A stretch of 64,000 bases of DNA, taken from assembly GCA_951406725.2 (NCBI GenBank), contig OX597818.1, positions 138,136,001 to 138,200,000 of the forward strand, read 5' to 3'. Both the position numbers and the translations under genes were made by a program. The notes under the pieces are model-generated. The model was given only the letters and a program-made list of their open reading frames with translations, was not told where the DNA came from and made no database searches. The number at the start of each line of letters is the position of its first letter. Within the stretch, counting starts at the first letter, position 1. This DNA is from Octopus vulgaris (taxonomy: Eukaryota). Below, one piece after another: positions 13,961 through 28,047 of this stretch.

Positions 13961-14182
13961 AGGGCAGCGAGTATGCAAAATCGTTTGCACACCGGGCTGA
14001 ATGTTTAGCTGCATTTCGCCCGTCTTTATATTCTGAGACCAAATCCCATCGAGGTCGACTTTGCCTTTCGTGCCATCAGGGTCGATGAAATAAGTAGCAG
14101 TTAAGCGCTGGGATCAATTTAATCAACTTACACCTTCCCCCAAAATTGCTGGCCTCGTGTCAAAATTTCGAAACCAATATAT
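13961..14182 (+). mobile_element. SINE family 1, diverged copy, tail type 3
   Basis: gaggtcgactttgcctttc...gtcgatgaaataagtagcag core. Confidence 0.7.
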
Positions 14183-14209
14183 TATGAACATTAATGGAAT
14201 TTGTAGTTT

Positions 14210-14530
14210 TGTGGTAGCAGTGCCGGTGGCACATACCAAAACCATCAGAAGGTGGCCGTAGCCAGTACCGCATTGACTGGCCTCCGTGCCGGTGGCACGT
14301 AAAAACACCATCCGAGCGTGGCCGTTCGCCAGCCTCGTCTGGCACCTGTGTCGGTGGCACATAAAATCACCCACTACACTCTCGGAGTGGTTGGCGTTAG
14401 GAAGGGCATCCAGCTGTAGAAACACTGCCAGATCTGACTGGCCTGGTGCAGCCTTCGGGCTTCCCAGACCCCAGTTGAACCGTCCAACCCATGCTAGCAT
14501 GGAAAGCGGACGTTAAACGATGATGATGAT
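14210..14530 (+). mobile_element. SINE-like element 3' part with three internal tandem units and a (GAT)n tail
   Basis: The motif gtg(c/t)cggtggcac occurs three times, followed by ggttggcgttaggaagggcatccagctgtag and ending ggacgttaaac(gat)n. Confidence 0.65.
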
Positions 14531-15639
14531 GTGATATCTGGCTTCCACACCGCGCGTGTATTTTTACCAACAAAACTAACGTTATAGGATCGAGATCCTT
14601 TTCCTATCTTGTCGAACTTCAAAAAATGAAAAGGTTTTCGCTTATTTTCCCATTCGGTTTGATTTATGTTTTTACGTTTTCTTTTGCAAATAGACTGACC
14701 GAGTTGTTCTGATGGCGATTTTATTTTAAAGAATCTACTTTTAATTGCAACCATCGATCTAAAATCACAAACGGCGTTCCATTTCAGTGGTTACAATGCT
14801 TCTGTTTCTTGTTGTTTTGAAATGCAATGATCTGGATTTGCATTGCCCTTATTCTCTCTAAAGCTTTGTCTTCATAATAATATTATACACAAAGGCAACC
14901 AACTGGCCAAATCTTTAGTACGCCGGGCAAAATGCTTAGCGGCATTTCGTCACTCCTTATGTCTTGAGTTCAAATTCTGCTAAAATGAGTACCAGTTGCA
15001 TGCTGGGGAGTCGATATAATCGACTTATTTCCTCCCTCTAAAATGCTGGCCTTGTGTCAAAATTTGAAATCAATAATATTATGCCTTCCCATTATACGGA
15101 TAGCGTAGTTTCGTTCTATTTCATCTTTGGTAGCACAACTTCCATGATTGCTAAGTATTGTTCAGTTTTCTTCAAATCTTATGCTTTCAATTTCACAGAC
15201 AAAAATACATTAAGAAGGAAATAACATTTTTTGTAAGTTAACATGAAATTCCTGTGGAGTATATATTTTCAGATAATTTCGCTACTATTTCAATAAAAAT
15301 AAGGCCATAGTGGTTGTGCAACCTGTTAAAAAGTACAGCGAATTCTACCTCAAATCACAACCCAACGTCTTAAACAAAAGTAAGTTCATATTTGACTATA
15401 TAGTCCTAATTACACCAAATCTGAAATTAAATGCCTGGAATACATCTGGAATATCTGGAATATCTGGAATATCTGGAATACATCTAATCATAGATCTACT
15501 GGATTATGGCTGACCTGGGGTTAAACAAAGAGCAACGACTATATCAGCGAGAGGTGTAAACACCAATAAGTTTTATTTTCTCCTCTGTACAAACACTGAT
15601 TTTCATGTCTACGATAAAGGAAACTCAACAAGTCTCCGA

Positions 15640-15830
15640 AACAATTGTTTTACGTTGACAAACATTGGCTGCAGTCTTTAACCTTGAAAAGTCAGGGACT
15701 TTGGCTTTCCAAGACGAGGAATCCAAAGATAAAAATAAAAGACGCAGATTCTGGGTATAAGCAAATGGAATACAAAAACATACAGGGCAACAAGAACTTT
15801 CTCCAGGTTCGAGTGGTTCTATCTTATTTG
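15640..15830 (+). mobile_element. Highly decayed LINE RT fragment (I/Jockey-like)
   Basis: LAAVFNLEK resembles AVFFDLEKAYD, and NFLQVRV resembles R.FQVRVG; frameshifted. Confidence 0.35.
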
Positions 15831-15964
15831 ATATTTGTCTGAAGTTCAATGGAAAGACCTTGTTTGTGACGTTTATTTGGCAACTTTAAATAGAATAAGT
15901 ATATTGGATATGTGTGTATGTGTGTATGAGTATACATACGTATGCACACGTATATGTCACATAC

Positions 15965-16215
15965 TTATATGTGTGTGTTTGTATATTCATCTATATATGC
16001 ATGTATGCGTGTGTATACATACACACACACACACATATGTGCGCGCGTGTGTGTGTGTTTGTATATTCATCTATATATGCATGTATGCGTGTGTATACAT
16101 ACACACACACACACACATATGTGCGCGCGTGTGTGTGTGTTTGTATATTCATCTATATATGCATGTATGCGTGTGTATACATACACACACATATGTGCGT
16201 GTGTGTGTGTGTGTT
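15965..16215 (+). repeat. Minisatellite, 3 units of gtgtttgtatattcatctatatatgcatgtatgcgtgtgtatacata(ca)n
   Basis: Direct tandem duplication. Confidence 0.85.
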
Positions 16216-16533
16216 TGCATAAACATATGCATTTATATACATATAAGCATGCTTGCATTTATATACGCATTTTTATGGATTCATGTATATAGTATATATG
16301 TGTGTATGTGTGTGTATAAGCAATATATATGCGTATCTTTCTCTGAGTCTATCTATGTGTATTCATGTATATAGTCTATATAGTGTGTATATGTGTGTGT
16401 GTGCGTGTATGTATATTTGAATATGTATACAAATATATATGTGTGTGTATATGCATGTATATGTGTATGCGTGTGTGAATGCGGAGACAGACAAACAAAC
16501 AGACAGACAGAAAGAAAGAAAGAAAGAAAGCAG

Positions 16534-16608
<75 letters not shown>

Positions 16609-16674
16609 ATGTATGTATGTATGTATGTATATGCGTATGCGTGTGTGAATGCGGAGACAGACAGACAGACAGAC

Positions 16675-16741
<67 letters not shown>

Positions 16742-17008
16742 CGGGTATCATGTAGGCATATTTACAAAAAGTGTCTGTGTGGTGGACAGGGGACAAATAT
16801 AGCGACAACTGGCACCAGATATAAACAGACCAAATACAGGAGACCGAGACCGGGACAAACAGACAGACTCGATGTCTATGGTGATTGTGTGTGGTGGTGG
16901 TGGTGGTGGTTGTGGTGGTGGTGGTGGTGGTGGTGGTGTGTGTAGTTAGATAACAATGAAGCAGCTGGTACGTTGTGGAAACTGTTTTATCTCATAAATA
17001 AAGTTAGT

Positions 17009-17044
<36 letters not shown>

Positions 17045-17849
17045 ACGGCTATGGCTATTGACGTTGTTGTGGTGGTGGTTGATGCTTATTGTTGCCGTTG
17101 CTGCTGTAGTATCTGTGGTGGCTGTCACCGTTGTCGTCGTTGTTGTCGTTGTTGTTGTTGCTGTTGCTGTGGTGATCGTGATGGGTTGTGGTAATGGTTG
17201 GTGTTGGTGTTGGTGCTTGTTCTGAAAGCTGGTGGTTGCGGTAGAGGTAATGATGGTCGTAATGGTGATGGTGGTGGTGGTAATGGCGTTAATATAGTGG
17301 TTTTGGTGGTGGCTGCGGTGGTGGTGGGGTTGTGGAGGAGGTGGTGTTGATTGTTGCGGTGGTAGGGTAGTTGTGGCGGTAGTGGTAATGGTGTTAGTAG
17401 TGGTAGTAGTTGCGGTGGTAGTGATGTTAGTGGTGGTGGTGGTGGTGGTGGTAGTTGTGGAGGTAGTGGTGATAGTTGTGGTGGCAGTGGTAATAGTGTT
17501 AGTGGTGGTGGTAGTAGTGGTGGTGGTAGTGGTAATAATGTTAGTAGTTGTGGTATGGATGGTGGTGGTGGTGGTGATGTTAGTGTTGTGGTTGTGGTAG
17601 TGGTTGTGGTGATAGTATTAGTGGTGGTGATGGTGGTGGTGGTGGTTTGGTCGACGTTGTCGTCGTCGTCGTGATGGGTGAGTTGCGGTGATGGTAGTCG
17701 TGACGCTTCTTGTGATGGCTGCCATGGCTATCCGTTATCATTGTTGTGTTAAATTCTGTAGCCGTTGTTGTTGTTGTGATCGTTGATATAGCCTTTGTTG
17801 CACAATGTTATTGTTGAGATTGTTAATACAGAGGTGACAACATTTGTTG

Positions 17850-18697
17850 TCCTATTCTCTATCTCATGGTCGCACTGAATTATAAAATCTCATAGGATCT
17901 TTGCATTTCTATTTTCGACGATTTTTTGCTATGTGAAGTCTATACTTTTTATAAAGTGCCCAATGGGCAAGCTGGCTATATTGTCGTGGCGTCTGTTATA
18001 TTCCTCCTGGTCTAGTGGCGTACATTGGCTGGTAATATGTCATACGGTTTCACCGTTTTGTTCACAGATTCTGCACTTATCACTTTCTGCTGTGTTGTCT
18101 ACTCTGTATTTTATGTAGTTTGTTCTTAGTGCTTGCTCTTGGGCAGCACAGATTAGAGCCTCCGTTTCTTGTTTTAAATCACTCTTAGTCATCCACAGCC
18201 ATCTTCAACACCCCTATGATTCTTTTCTTTACCCACCTATTTTCAGTTTCATTCGTTTTCAATTTCTTGTATAGCGGTTTATCTTTGCTATCTTTCATCC
18301 TACACCAACCTGACCTTCCTACTTCGAATAACAGCAGTTCTGTGGAATTTTTTACATATATTTTGTTTTCTTCTGCTCTAATGCTGTGTTCGCATCCAAT
18401 AAGTCCTCTTCCACCTCTTTTTCTTGGTACATACAGTCTATCTGCGTCACTTTTGGGGTAGAGTGACCCATATTTAGTTAGCAACTTCCTTGTCTTTCTG
18501 TCTAAGCTGTTTAGTTCGTCTACTGTCCATGCGATTACACCTGCTCTATATCTAAGGAGTGAAACCGCCCAGGAGTTGATAGCTTCGATCTTATTCCGTT
18601 CGTTTAATTTTGACTAAAGGATCAGTCTCAGTCTGTGCAAGTACTCCACCTTAAACTTTTCTGTCATTTCTTTCTCCATCAATTTATCTATTTCCAA
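17850..18697 (-). mobile_element. R4/Dong-clade (restriction-like endonuclease) non-LTR retrotransposon fragment
   Basis: YPKSDADRLYVPRKRGGRGL, then CAAQEQALRTNY, a CRIC...H...C zinc knuckle and RRHD; adjacent to (TTA)n. Confidence 0.85.
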
Positions 18698-18709
18698 TTA
18701 TTATTATTA

Positions 18710-19263
18710 TTGAGTGAGAGAGCAGTGCATGCCATCAAAGTGACACTGGGGTAAAATATACGAAGCCGAATATATACCCATCATGACTACCCGTCTGATA
18801 AGGGTACACCAGGCACATGCATCACAACCATATGTGCGCGACATGGTGATCTCATATCAAGATAAACAGCACATGACCTTGCAGGTGGGGCCCAGTTAGA
18901 ATTTTCTTCAGGTTGAGTAGCCCATCCCGCTCAAAAGGTCCCTGAATAAAGGTTGTTTAAGGATGTTGAAAGAACCACCCATGTTTCCAGAGGTGAATTA
19001 TTCAAACCCCAAAGAATCCCTCTCAACACATGGCTATGATGCTCCCCCACTACTTCTGCTCGTGATCAGAGATGCACATATCGTCAGCCACTAAGGGACA
19101 TGCTCAACTGGTTATGGTCAAACAACTGACAAGCAAATCTGTGGTATTGAGCAGAATATTTGCTGTAGCCCATCTTTTATACCAAGACAAAACAATGTAC
19201 ATGATAACACTTCCAATCAGTTAAGATCAGAAGCCATGAGAGCCACTGCCTGGTACTGCATCA
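18710..19263. mobile_element. Unclassified ~550-bp element embedded in a (TTA)n tract
   Basis: A sharp high-complexity block bounded by (tta)n on both sides, next to the R4/Dong fragment; no ORF. Confidence 0.45.
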
Positions 19264-19321
<58 letters not shown>

Positions 19322-19478
19322 GTTCCCGTCGTTACATTCTGAGTTCAATCTCCGCTGAGGTCGACTTTGCCTTTTCTGCTTTCGTGGTCGATAAATTAAG
19401 TACCAGTACTGGGGTCGATGTAATCGACTAGTCCCCTCCCCCAAAATTTCAGGCCTTGTGCTTATAATAGAAAGGATT
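19322..19478 (+). mobile_element. SINE family 1, 5'-truncated, tail type 2
   Basis: Family 1 core plus tagtcccctcccccaaaatttcaggccttgtg tail, after (TTA)n. Confidence 0.8.
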
Positions 19479-19799
19479 TTTTTATTGACATTTGGAATGT
19501 TGTCAGGCGCTCACCGCCTTTTACTAGGAAAGCAATGCAATAGGTGGTAGTTCTACTTTATCAATATATACAAGACTAGCATGGGTAGTATAGGAGAAAC
19601 TTTAAACGTCTACGGGGACTAGCCGAAGATTACTACGGGAATTTCCAGAAATCTTTAATGGGGCAGTGCTACTGAGGAGCACTACATCTTCGAGATAAAC
19701 TGTACCAGCACAAAAGCGCCGCCAGGTAGGACTGGTGAGGATCCGCGCAGAGAGGACAAAACTGTACTGCATGTACTCTTGCAGTGACCAAGCAGTGAG

Positions 19800-20800
19800 A
19801 CGAACAGCTGTTGTGTATAAGGCAAAACCTGCTAACGGCCGAGTCTATCCCGAAGATTGCTCGCCAGTGACAAAGCGAGACAAATAGTATTGCTCTGTTT
19901 TGTAGTCGTGATGAAAGCGGTCGCGTGGTGAAGAGGCTGAGAGGATAATGAGCACACCATTCGGCTTCTAATTACACTTTAATGTCTGGAAAAGGTGTAA
20001 TTCTGCGTTCGGTCATAAGAAAAAGGCTGGTAGTGTAAAAGCTCCTTATCTTCAGTTCAGAGTTCGTGCCTACCTTTACTTATGGTCATGAATCTTGGGT
20101 AATGACCAAAAGAATACGATCACAAATACAAGCTGTCGAAATGGCGTTACTCTCAAGGGTCCTTGAAGTAACGTTAGTCAACGGAATGCGTAGCTCGGAG
20201 ATTGGAGAGACGCTCCAGGTGGAGCCGCAGCTTCTGCGAATAGAGATATCACAGCACTGATTCTACAGACGTGTTGTAAGAATGCTTTGAGAAAGGATCG
20301 CTGGAGAGGTTTTACGGACAAACCCAACCGATGGGTTAACCACGAGCAAGATGGTTGGATAAAAAAATAAAGATGAAGTTGACTTCTCGAGTCATGCTGA
20401 CTCACAAGGACCACTTACCCGGTTTCATGGCGTATATATTTCCCACTCGGACGGAACGTCGGTCCGTCGCACGGTTACTCATTTCTGCAAGCTGTGTAGA
20501 CTGGAGCAACGTGAAATGAAGTGCTTTGCTCTAGAAACAACGCGTGGCCCGGTTCAGGAATAGAAACCACAATCTTACGATCATGAGCCCCAACACCCTA
20601 ACCACTAAGCCAGTCGCCTCCGCCACGATGGTTGGATGATATCCTTGAGCTCGGGTGATCTCGCTTAAGTATCCAGCCGGATCAGTTGGAGATGGTTGCT
20701 TCTGACAGGACCCGATGGAAGGCGTGTTTGAGGGCTCTGAACCCACGACCCTTTCCGGATTTTGCGGGCGAAGATGAGACGAGATAAGATGTCTGGGAAA
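19800..20800 (+). mobile_element. RTE-clade (Expander/Rex3-like) LINE 3' fragment, split by a SINE
   Basis: PTFTYGHESWVMTKRIRSQIQAVEMALLSRV...VEPQLLRIE, resuming after the SINE as RWLDDILELG...DRTRWKACL. Confidence 0.85.
20361..20626 (-). mobile_element. SINE family 4 inserted in the RTE fragment
   Basis: TSD gatggttggat at 20350-20360 and 20627-20637. Confidence 0.85.
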
Positions 20801-21139
20801 GGTATTGATACATTGTTTCATGGGTCTTTATGGTCCCAGATGCACTCGTCTGTAGAGAAGATGGTATAGTCGCGGCTATCATGCTTTTCATCATCATCAT
20901 TGATCTTAATATCTTACGACTGACCTCAGGCTAAACAACGAATCGCTCTTTGAAAATTATTATAGTTTTTTTTATGTAGCACTTACTTGGGAAGTGATCC
21001 TGAAACGAGACAACAATCATAACAATAACAATAACCTTAGTACTACTACTACTACTACCATAACTATAGCAATTAGTACAAACACCTCTACCACTACAAT
21101 TACGAATACTGATACTAACGCTTCCCACTATTATTACTA

Positions 21140-21190
<51 letters not shown>

Positions 21191-21216
21191 CCACAGCAGC
21201 AGCAGCAGTAGTAGTG

Positions 21217-21277
<61 letters not shown>

Positions 21278-21739
21278 CAGCAGTAGCATTGAAGGCAGTG
21301 GTAACTGTAGTAGTAGTAGTAGCGTGCTGGCGGTGGTGCTGGTGCTGGTGTTGGTGCTGGTGATGGCGTTGGTGGTGGTGGTGGTGCTTCTGCTGCTGCT
21401 GCTGCTGCTGTTGCTGCTGCTGGTGTCGGTGTCGGTAGCGGCAGCAGCAACATCCCCATCTCTGCCCTGTGTATTTTTACAGAAAATCTGTTTACAGTAA
21501 TTCTGTAAAAAAAAAAAAAAAATTAAAGAAGGGTGGTAGGGTTGGGTGTGGGGTGGGTCGAAGGGAAGGTCGTGGTTACAGACTAAAGTGAGGAAGGTCT
21601 TGTCCTATGCCGTAGACATAATACTGTCTTGTTCTGTTCACTGATCACGTTCTCTCATTAAGTTTGGATTAACACACTAGAAACTTGTCTTCACAGTAAA
21701 TCTAAAACTGATTACATACACGAAGATAAAAGCGGCTGC

Positions 21740-22057
21740 TCGGTTGGCTGACGGGCTGGCTGGTTGATTCGTTGGCTGGCTGGTTGGTCGGGCTGGATGG
21801 CTTGGTTCGTTGGTTAGCTAAGCTGTTGGTTGGCTGGCTGGCTGGCTGGTTGGTTGGTTGGCTGGTTCGGTGGACCACTCGTTGGCTAGTTGGGTTGGCT
21901 GGTTTTGGTTGGTTGGTTGGTTGGTTGGTTGGTTGGTTGGTTGGTTGGTTGGTTGGTTGGTTGGTTGGTTGGTTGGTTGGCTGGTTGGTTGGTTGGTTGG
22001 TTGGTTGGTTGGTTGGTTGGTTGGTTGGCTGGCTGGTTGGTTGGTTGGTTGGCTGGT

Positions 22058-22100
<43 letters not shown>

Positions 22101-22390
22101 TTGGTTGGTTGGTTGGTTGGTTGGTTGGTTGGTTGGTCGGTTGGTTGGTTGGTTGGTTGGTTGGTTGGTCGGTTGGTTGGTTGGTTGGTTGGTTGCTTGG
22201 CTGGCTGGCTGGCTGGCTGGTTGGTTGGTTGGTTGGTTGGTTGGTTGGTTGGTTGGTTGGTTGGTTGGTTGGTTGGTTGGTTGGTTGGTTGGTTGGTTGG
22301 TTGGTCGGTTGGTTGGTTGGTTGGTTGGTTGCTTGGCTGGCTGGCTGGCTGGCTGGTTGGTTGGCTGGTTGGTTGGTTGGTTGGTTTGTT
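21740..22390 (+). repeat. (GGTT/GGCT)n microsatellite
   Basis: Direct reading; explains the GWLV pseudo-ORFs. Confidence 0.95.
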
Positions 22391-22575
22391 ATTGGCTTGA
22401 GTTGAGTTGATTGGTTGATGATGACGATTATGCTAATGTGGTGATGACAGCAGCAACGACGACGACGATGACAACCTTGATGACCATGATAATGATTCTG
22501 GCGTCTGTTCTTAGCGTGGTTCTGCAGTCATTTTTGTAGGCAGTATGGCAGAACCATTTTGGCTATCTAGGCAAG

Positions 22576-22946
22576 CTGGGAGAATCGTTAGCACGCCGGG
22601 CGAAATGCGTAACCGTATTGCGTCTGCCGTTACGTTCTGAGTTCAAATTCCGCCGAGGTCGACTTTGCCTTTCATCCTTTCGGGGTCGATTAAATAAGTA
22701 CCAGTTACGCAAACTTAATCCGTTTGTCTGTCCTTGTTTGTCCCCTCAGTGTTTAGCCCTTGTGGGTAGTAAAAAAATAGGTATTTCGTCTGTCTTTACA
22801 TTCTGAGTTCAAATTTCGCCGAGGTCGACTTTGCCTGTCATCCTTTTGAGGTCGATAAATTAAGTACCAGTTGCGTACTGGGGTCGATCTAATCGACTGG
22901 TACCCTTCCCCAAACTTTCGGGCCTTGTGCCTAGAGTAGAAAATAT
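22576..22946 (+). mobile_element. Dimeric SINE family 1 (tail 1 monomer plus partial monomer with tail 2)
   Basis: One TSD pair, tatctaggcaag at 22564-22575 and 22947-22958, flanks both units. Confidence 0.88.
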
Positions 22947-23044
22947 TATCTAGGCAAGTACATACACAGATATTTGTATTTATTAACTATGGAATGTGTT
23001 GCAGCTCTAAATTGTACTCCTTTCTTGACCATTCATTGAGAATA

Positions 23045-23340
23045 CTGTTGCGTCTGGGGAGAGTCATTTTTTTTTAGTGCCTTATAATTTAACTCACTCC
23101 CCGGTAAAATTTCCACTTATTTCTTAGTTTCATTTTCCTAAAATTTTCGTTGCATCTTGCAACCTTTTCAATAGTCTTGACTTTTTGGAAAATAAAAATA
23201 AGAAATAAGTGGAAATTTTACCGGTGAGTGTGTTAAATCATAAGGCACAAAAACAGAATGACTCTCCCCAGACACAACAGAATTGTGCTTCAACACACGA
23301 ACTCACATAAAGAATCTTGCAAACCAAATCCCAAAATGAA
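23045..23340. mobile_element. Family C pseudo-LTR-like repeat arranged as an inverted repeat (23045-23138 / 23187-23280)
   Basis: The arms are imperfect reverse complements; a second, non-inverted copy lies at 44993-45160. Confidence 0.7.
23138..23174 (-). ncRNA. Putative minimal hammerhead-like motif, family C (U3-A8 core)
   Basis: Reverse complement cta|TTGAAAA|g|gttgca-aga-tgcaac|GAA|aatt|T|tag, at the centre of an inverted repeat. Confidence 0.4.
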
Positions 23341-24115
23341 ATTGAGAATACAACTATATCATTACGCCATATGTGCTGATGTGATGAGAAATGTGCAGTT
23401 TGTTGTGGAAAGATTAAGGATCCAGCCAGGTTAAATATTTTATTTTTAGTATTTTACTAAAAAGTCAAGATCGTGAGATGTTAGAATCGTATGCATGCTG
23501 GGCAAGATGCTTAGCGGCATTTCTTCCGTTCTGAGTTCAAATTGCACTAAGGTCGACTTGCCCTCTTTTATCCTTTCGAGGTCGATAAAATGGGTACCAG
23601 TTGGGCAATGGTGTTGATGTAATCGACTAGGTCTACCATCCACCCCTACTCCCCACTAAAATTTCCAGGCCTTGTGCGTATAGTGGAAATAATTATTAGT
23701 CTTCTACATCTTTCAGTGATTAGGCTACGACCATGCTGGAATACCGTCTTGAATTTTTTTTTCTTTTTCTTAGGCGAACACATCAATCCGGATACTTATT
23801 TTAAAAGTCTGGTACATATTATATCGGAACTATTTTGGCGAACTGGTAAGTTACGAAGACGTAAACAAACCAACAGGTGTTGGTGATAACAAACGCAAAG
23901 ACACACAAGTACGTAATTCTTTAAAATATATTTTCCTTTAGAATGGTAAATTTTGCAATTCTGAATGGTCCTCACAGCAGCATAGAGTTGTGTGTACGTG
24001 TGTGTATGTGTGTGTGTGTGTGCGCGCGTGTGTGTGCGCGCGTGTGTGTGCGTGCATGTGTGCGTGTGTGTGTGTCTCTGTGTGCGTGCGTGTCTAGGCT
24101 GAATGGTGATGTTAG

Positions 24116-24333
24116 CAGAATCGTTAGCACGCCGGGCGAAATGCTTAGCGGTATTTCGTCTGCCGTTACGTTGTGAGTTCAAATTCCGCCGAGGTCGACT
24201 TTGCCTTTCATCCTTTCAGGGTCGATAAATTAAGTACCAGTAACGTACTGGGGTCGATATAATCGACTTAATACCTATGTCTGTCCATGTTTGTCTCCTC
24301 TATGTTTAGCCCCTTGTGGGTAATAAAGAAATA
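24116..24333 (+). mobile_element. SINE family 1, tail type 1
   Basis: TSD ggtgatgttag at 24105-24115 and 24334-24344. Confidence 0.88.
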
Positions 24334-25272
24334 GGTGATGTTAGTGTGTTTTGGATTTCGGAGGTGACTTTCCAGATAGTGTCTGGAACTATGATGGTTG
24401 GAACTCGCTGCAGCAAGAAACTCTACCTCTTGCATTGTCAGGCTGTCTTTGATTTTCATTGGAGTTCTTACACATGAAGTTCGAAGTGGCAGCGGCGGCG
24501 GCGGGGACACGAGTGGTGGTGCAGTAACGAGGTGGTGATATGTGTGTGTGAAGGTGGAGGCAGCGGTGGTAAACTAAAGAGATGGGGGCTGTGCGAAAGT
24601 GGTAGTGGCGGCGGCAGTGGTGGCGGTGGTGGTGGTTTAACAAAGAGGCGGTGATGTTTGAAAAAGATGTAGTGGTGGTGGTAGTGGTGGTAGTGGTGGT
24701 GGTGGTGGTGGTGGTGGTGGTGGTGGTGGTGGTGGTGGTGTTGGTGGTGGCGTAGCGCTGTGGGTGATGTGGTGATATGTGTGAAGGTGGTGATGTGGTG
24801 TAGTAAAAGATAGTGATGTATGTGAAAGCGGGGGCGGTTTGACATTGTGTGGGAGAGGTGTATGAAAATGGTGGGCATAGTGTTGTGAAGGGGTGGTAGT
24901 GTGTGTGTAGCGGTGGCAGTGGTGTAGTGTTGTAAAAAAAAGGGCATGTGTGCGAATGTCGTGGTGGTGGTGGCGGTGGTGATGTGAGGTAGAGCGTGAA
25001 GAGGCGGTGGCGTAGTGTGGAGGGAATGAAGGTGGTGTTGGTGGTGGTGGTAACGACGATGGTGGTGGCGGGGGCGGCGGTGGTGTTGATGGGGATGTAG
25101 GACGGCGGTGGAGGTACCGGTTGTGGCGACGGTGGTGTTGGTGGTGTGTTGAATTGTAAACCTCTGAGTGTATATGGAGCTGGAGAGTATGATGGAATCT
25201 GTGTGTGTGTGTGTATATATGTGTATATAGATCCATATATAATATACACACAGATACTGTTCATTCACACAC

Positions 25273-25317
<45 letters not shown>

Positions 25318-25318
<1 letters not shown>

Positions 25319-25723
25319 TCTTTTACTCTTTTACTTGTTTCAGTCATTTGATTGCGGCCATGCTGGAGCACCGCCTTCAGTCGAGCAAATCGACTCCAGG
25401 ACTTATTCTTTCTAAGCCCAGTACTTATTCTATCGGTCTCTTTTGCCGAACCGCTAAGTTACGGGGACGTAAACACACCAGCATCGGTTGTCAAGCGATG
25501 TTGGAGGGGACAAACACAGACACACAAAGACATACACACACATTCATATCTACATACATATATACGGCGGGCTTCTTTCAGTTTCCGTCTGCCAAATCCA
25601 CTCACAAGGCTTTGGTCGTCCCGAGGCTATAGTAGAAGACATTTGCCCAAGATGCTACGCAGTGGGACTGAACCCGGAACCATGTGGTTAGTAAGCAAGC
25701 TACTTACCACACAGCCACTCCTT

Positions 25724-25725
<2 letters not shown>
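25318..25725 (-). mobile_element. SINE family 2, full length, with internal microsatellite
   Basis: Reverse complement of aggagtggctgtgtggtaag...gggttcagtccc...ttgggcaa...(TA/TG)n...cttgacaaccgatgctgg...gaaacaagtaaaagag. Confidence 0.85.
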
Positions 25726-25770
<45 letters not shown>

Positions 25771-25920
25771 GCAACGGTCTTCCTTCAGTTTCCGTCTACC
25801 AATTCCACCCACAAGGCTTTGGTCGGCCCGAGACTGTAGTGAAAGACACTTGCCCGGGGTGGAACTGAACCTGGAACCATGTGGTTGGAAGGCAAGCTTT
25901 TTACCACACAGCCACTCCTT

Positions 25921-26054
<134 letters not shown>

Positions 26055-26087
26055 CTTTATTTAAAGCAGCAGAAAATTCAACAAAAC

Positions 26088-26125
26088 CTGTTACTCTGAG
26101 TTTCCTGTTGCCGTTCGTCGGACAG
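26088..26125 (-). ncRNA. Degenerate family B hammerhead-like motif
   Basis: Reverse complement ctgtCCGACGAacggcaacagGAAactcagagtAacag; stem II is disrupted. Confidence 0.4.
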
Positions 26126-26134
26126 TTTTTGCTA

Positions 26135-26182
<48 letters not shown>

Positions 26183-26899
26183 GTATGCATATATGTGTGT
26201 ATGTATATACATACAAACACACACACACACACATATATATATAGTCGATGTGTGACGCAATAAGTAGGCATAAGTCTATGTATAGAGCAGAAACAGTGTA
26301 TATATCATTAAGGTATGTATATTGGGAGAGTGTGTATATAATTATGGTATGTCTACCATTGTGATGAATATATAGTTAGGTGTGTATCACTATGTATGCA
26401 GATTCATGTGTAATTGTGCATAATGACTGCGGTGTGTATAGGCATGCAGATGCATATACATGCATGTGTATATATGTGTATATATGTGTGTATATGTGTG
26501 TATGCGTATGTATGTGTGTGCGCGCGCGCGCAAGCACTGAAAATGACGATGCGTGTACTGAGTGGAAGAAGGCGGAGGTGATATGTGAAGAAGGGAAGAG
26601 GTTGATGATGTGACGTTGTAGGCGGTGAGGTGTGTGTGCACGTGGGGAGAGGTCGGAGGCGATACGTGAAGATGGTGGTGGTGGTGGTGGTGGTGGTGGT
26701 GGTGGTGGTGGTAGGTAGGGTGGTGGTGGTGGCGGTGGCGTGTGCTATGTAATGGTGTGTGGGGGTGTAGATGAGGAGGAAGCGGGGAGGTGGTTGTGGC
26801 GTATGGGAAAGCAGAAGTAGGGGGTTGGAGTGGTGTTAACCAATCGGAACAGCAAGTTATGGACCTGTAGAAGACTCCCAAGTTTTTTTCTTTCCCTCC

Positions 26900-27830
<931 letters not shown>

Positions 27831-28016
27831 CTTTCTTCTGTTATGTATGTATCTTCAATACAAGCACATTACTTTAATATTTACACACACACACACACAG
27901 ACACACACACACACACATACACATACGCACACACACACACACACACACATACACACGCACTCACACATATATTTCTACATGCATACATACACACAAACAC
28001 ACACATATAAATATAC

Positions 28017-28047
<31 letters not shown>

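Noticed and set aside
14210-14370. Repeat-spacer-like pattern (gtgccggtggcac three times) reminiscent of a CRISPR array
   Set aside because: The context is eukaryotic, the spacers are related to each other and there are no cas genes; these are internal tandem units of a SINE-like element.
19230-19263. cctggtactgca resembling U2 snRNA 3' sequence
   Set aside because: Only about 12 nt of similarity, with no Sm site or branch-point recognition region.
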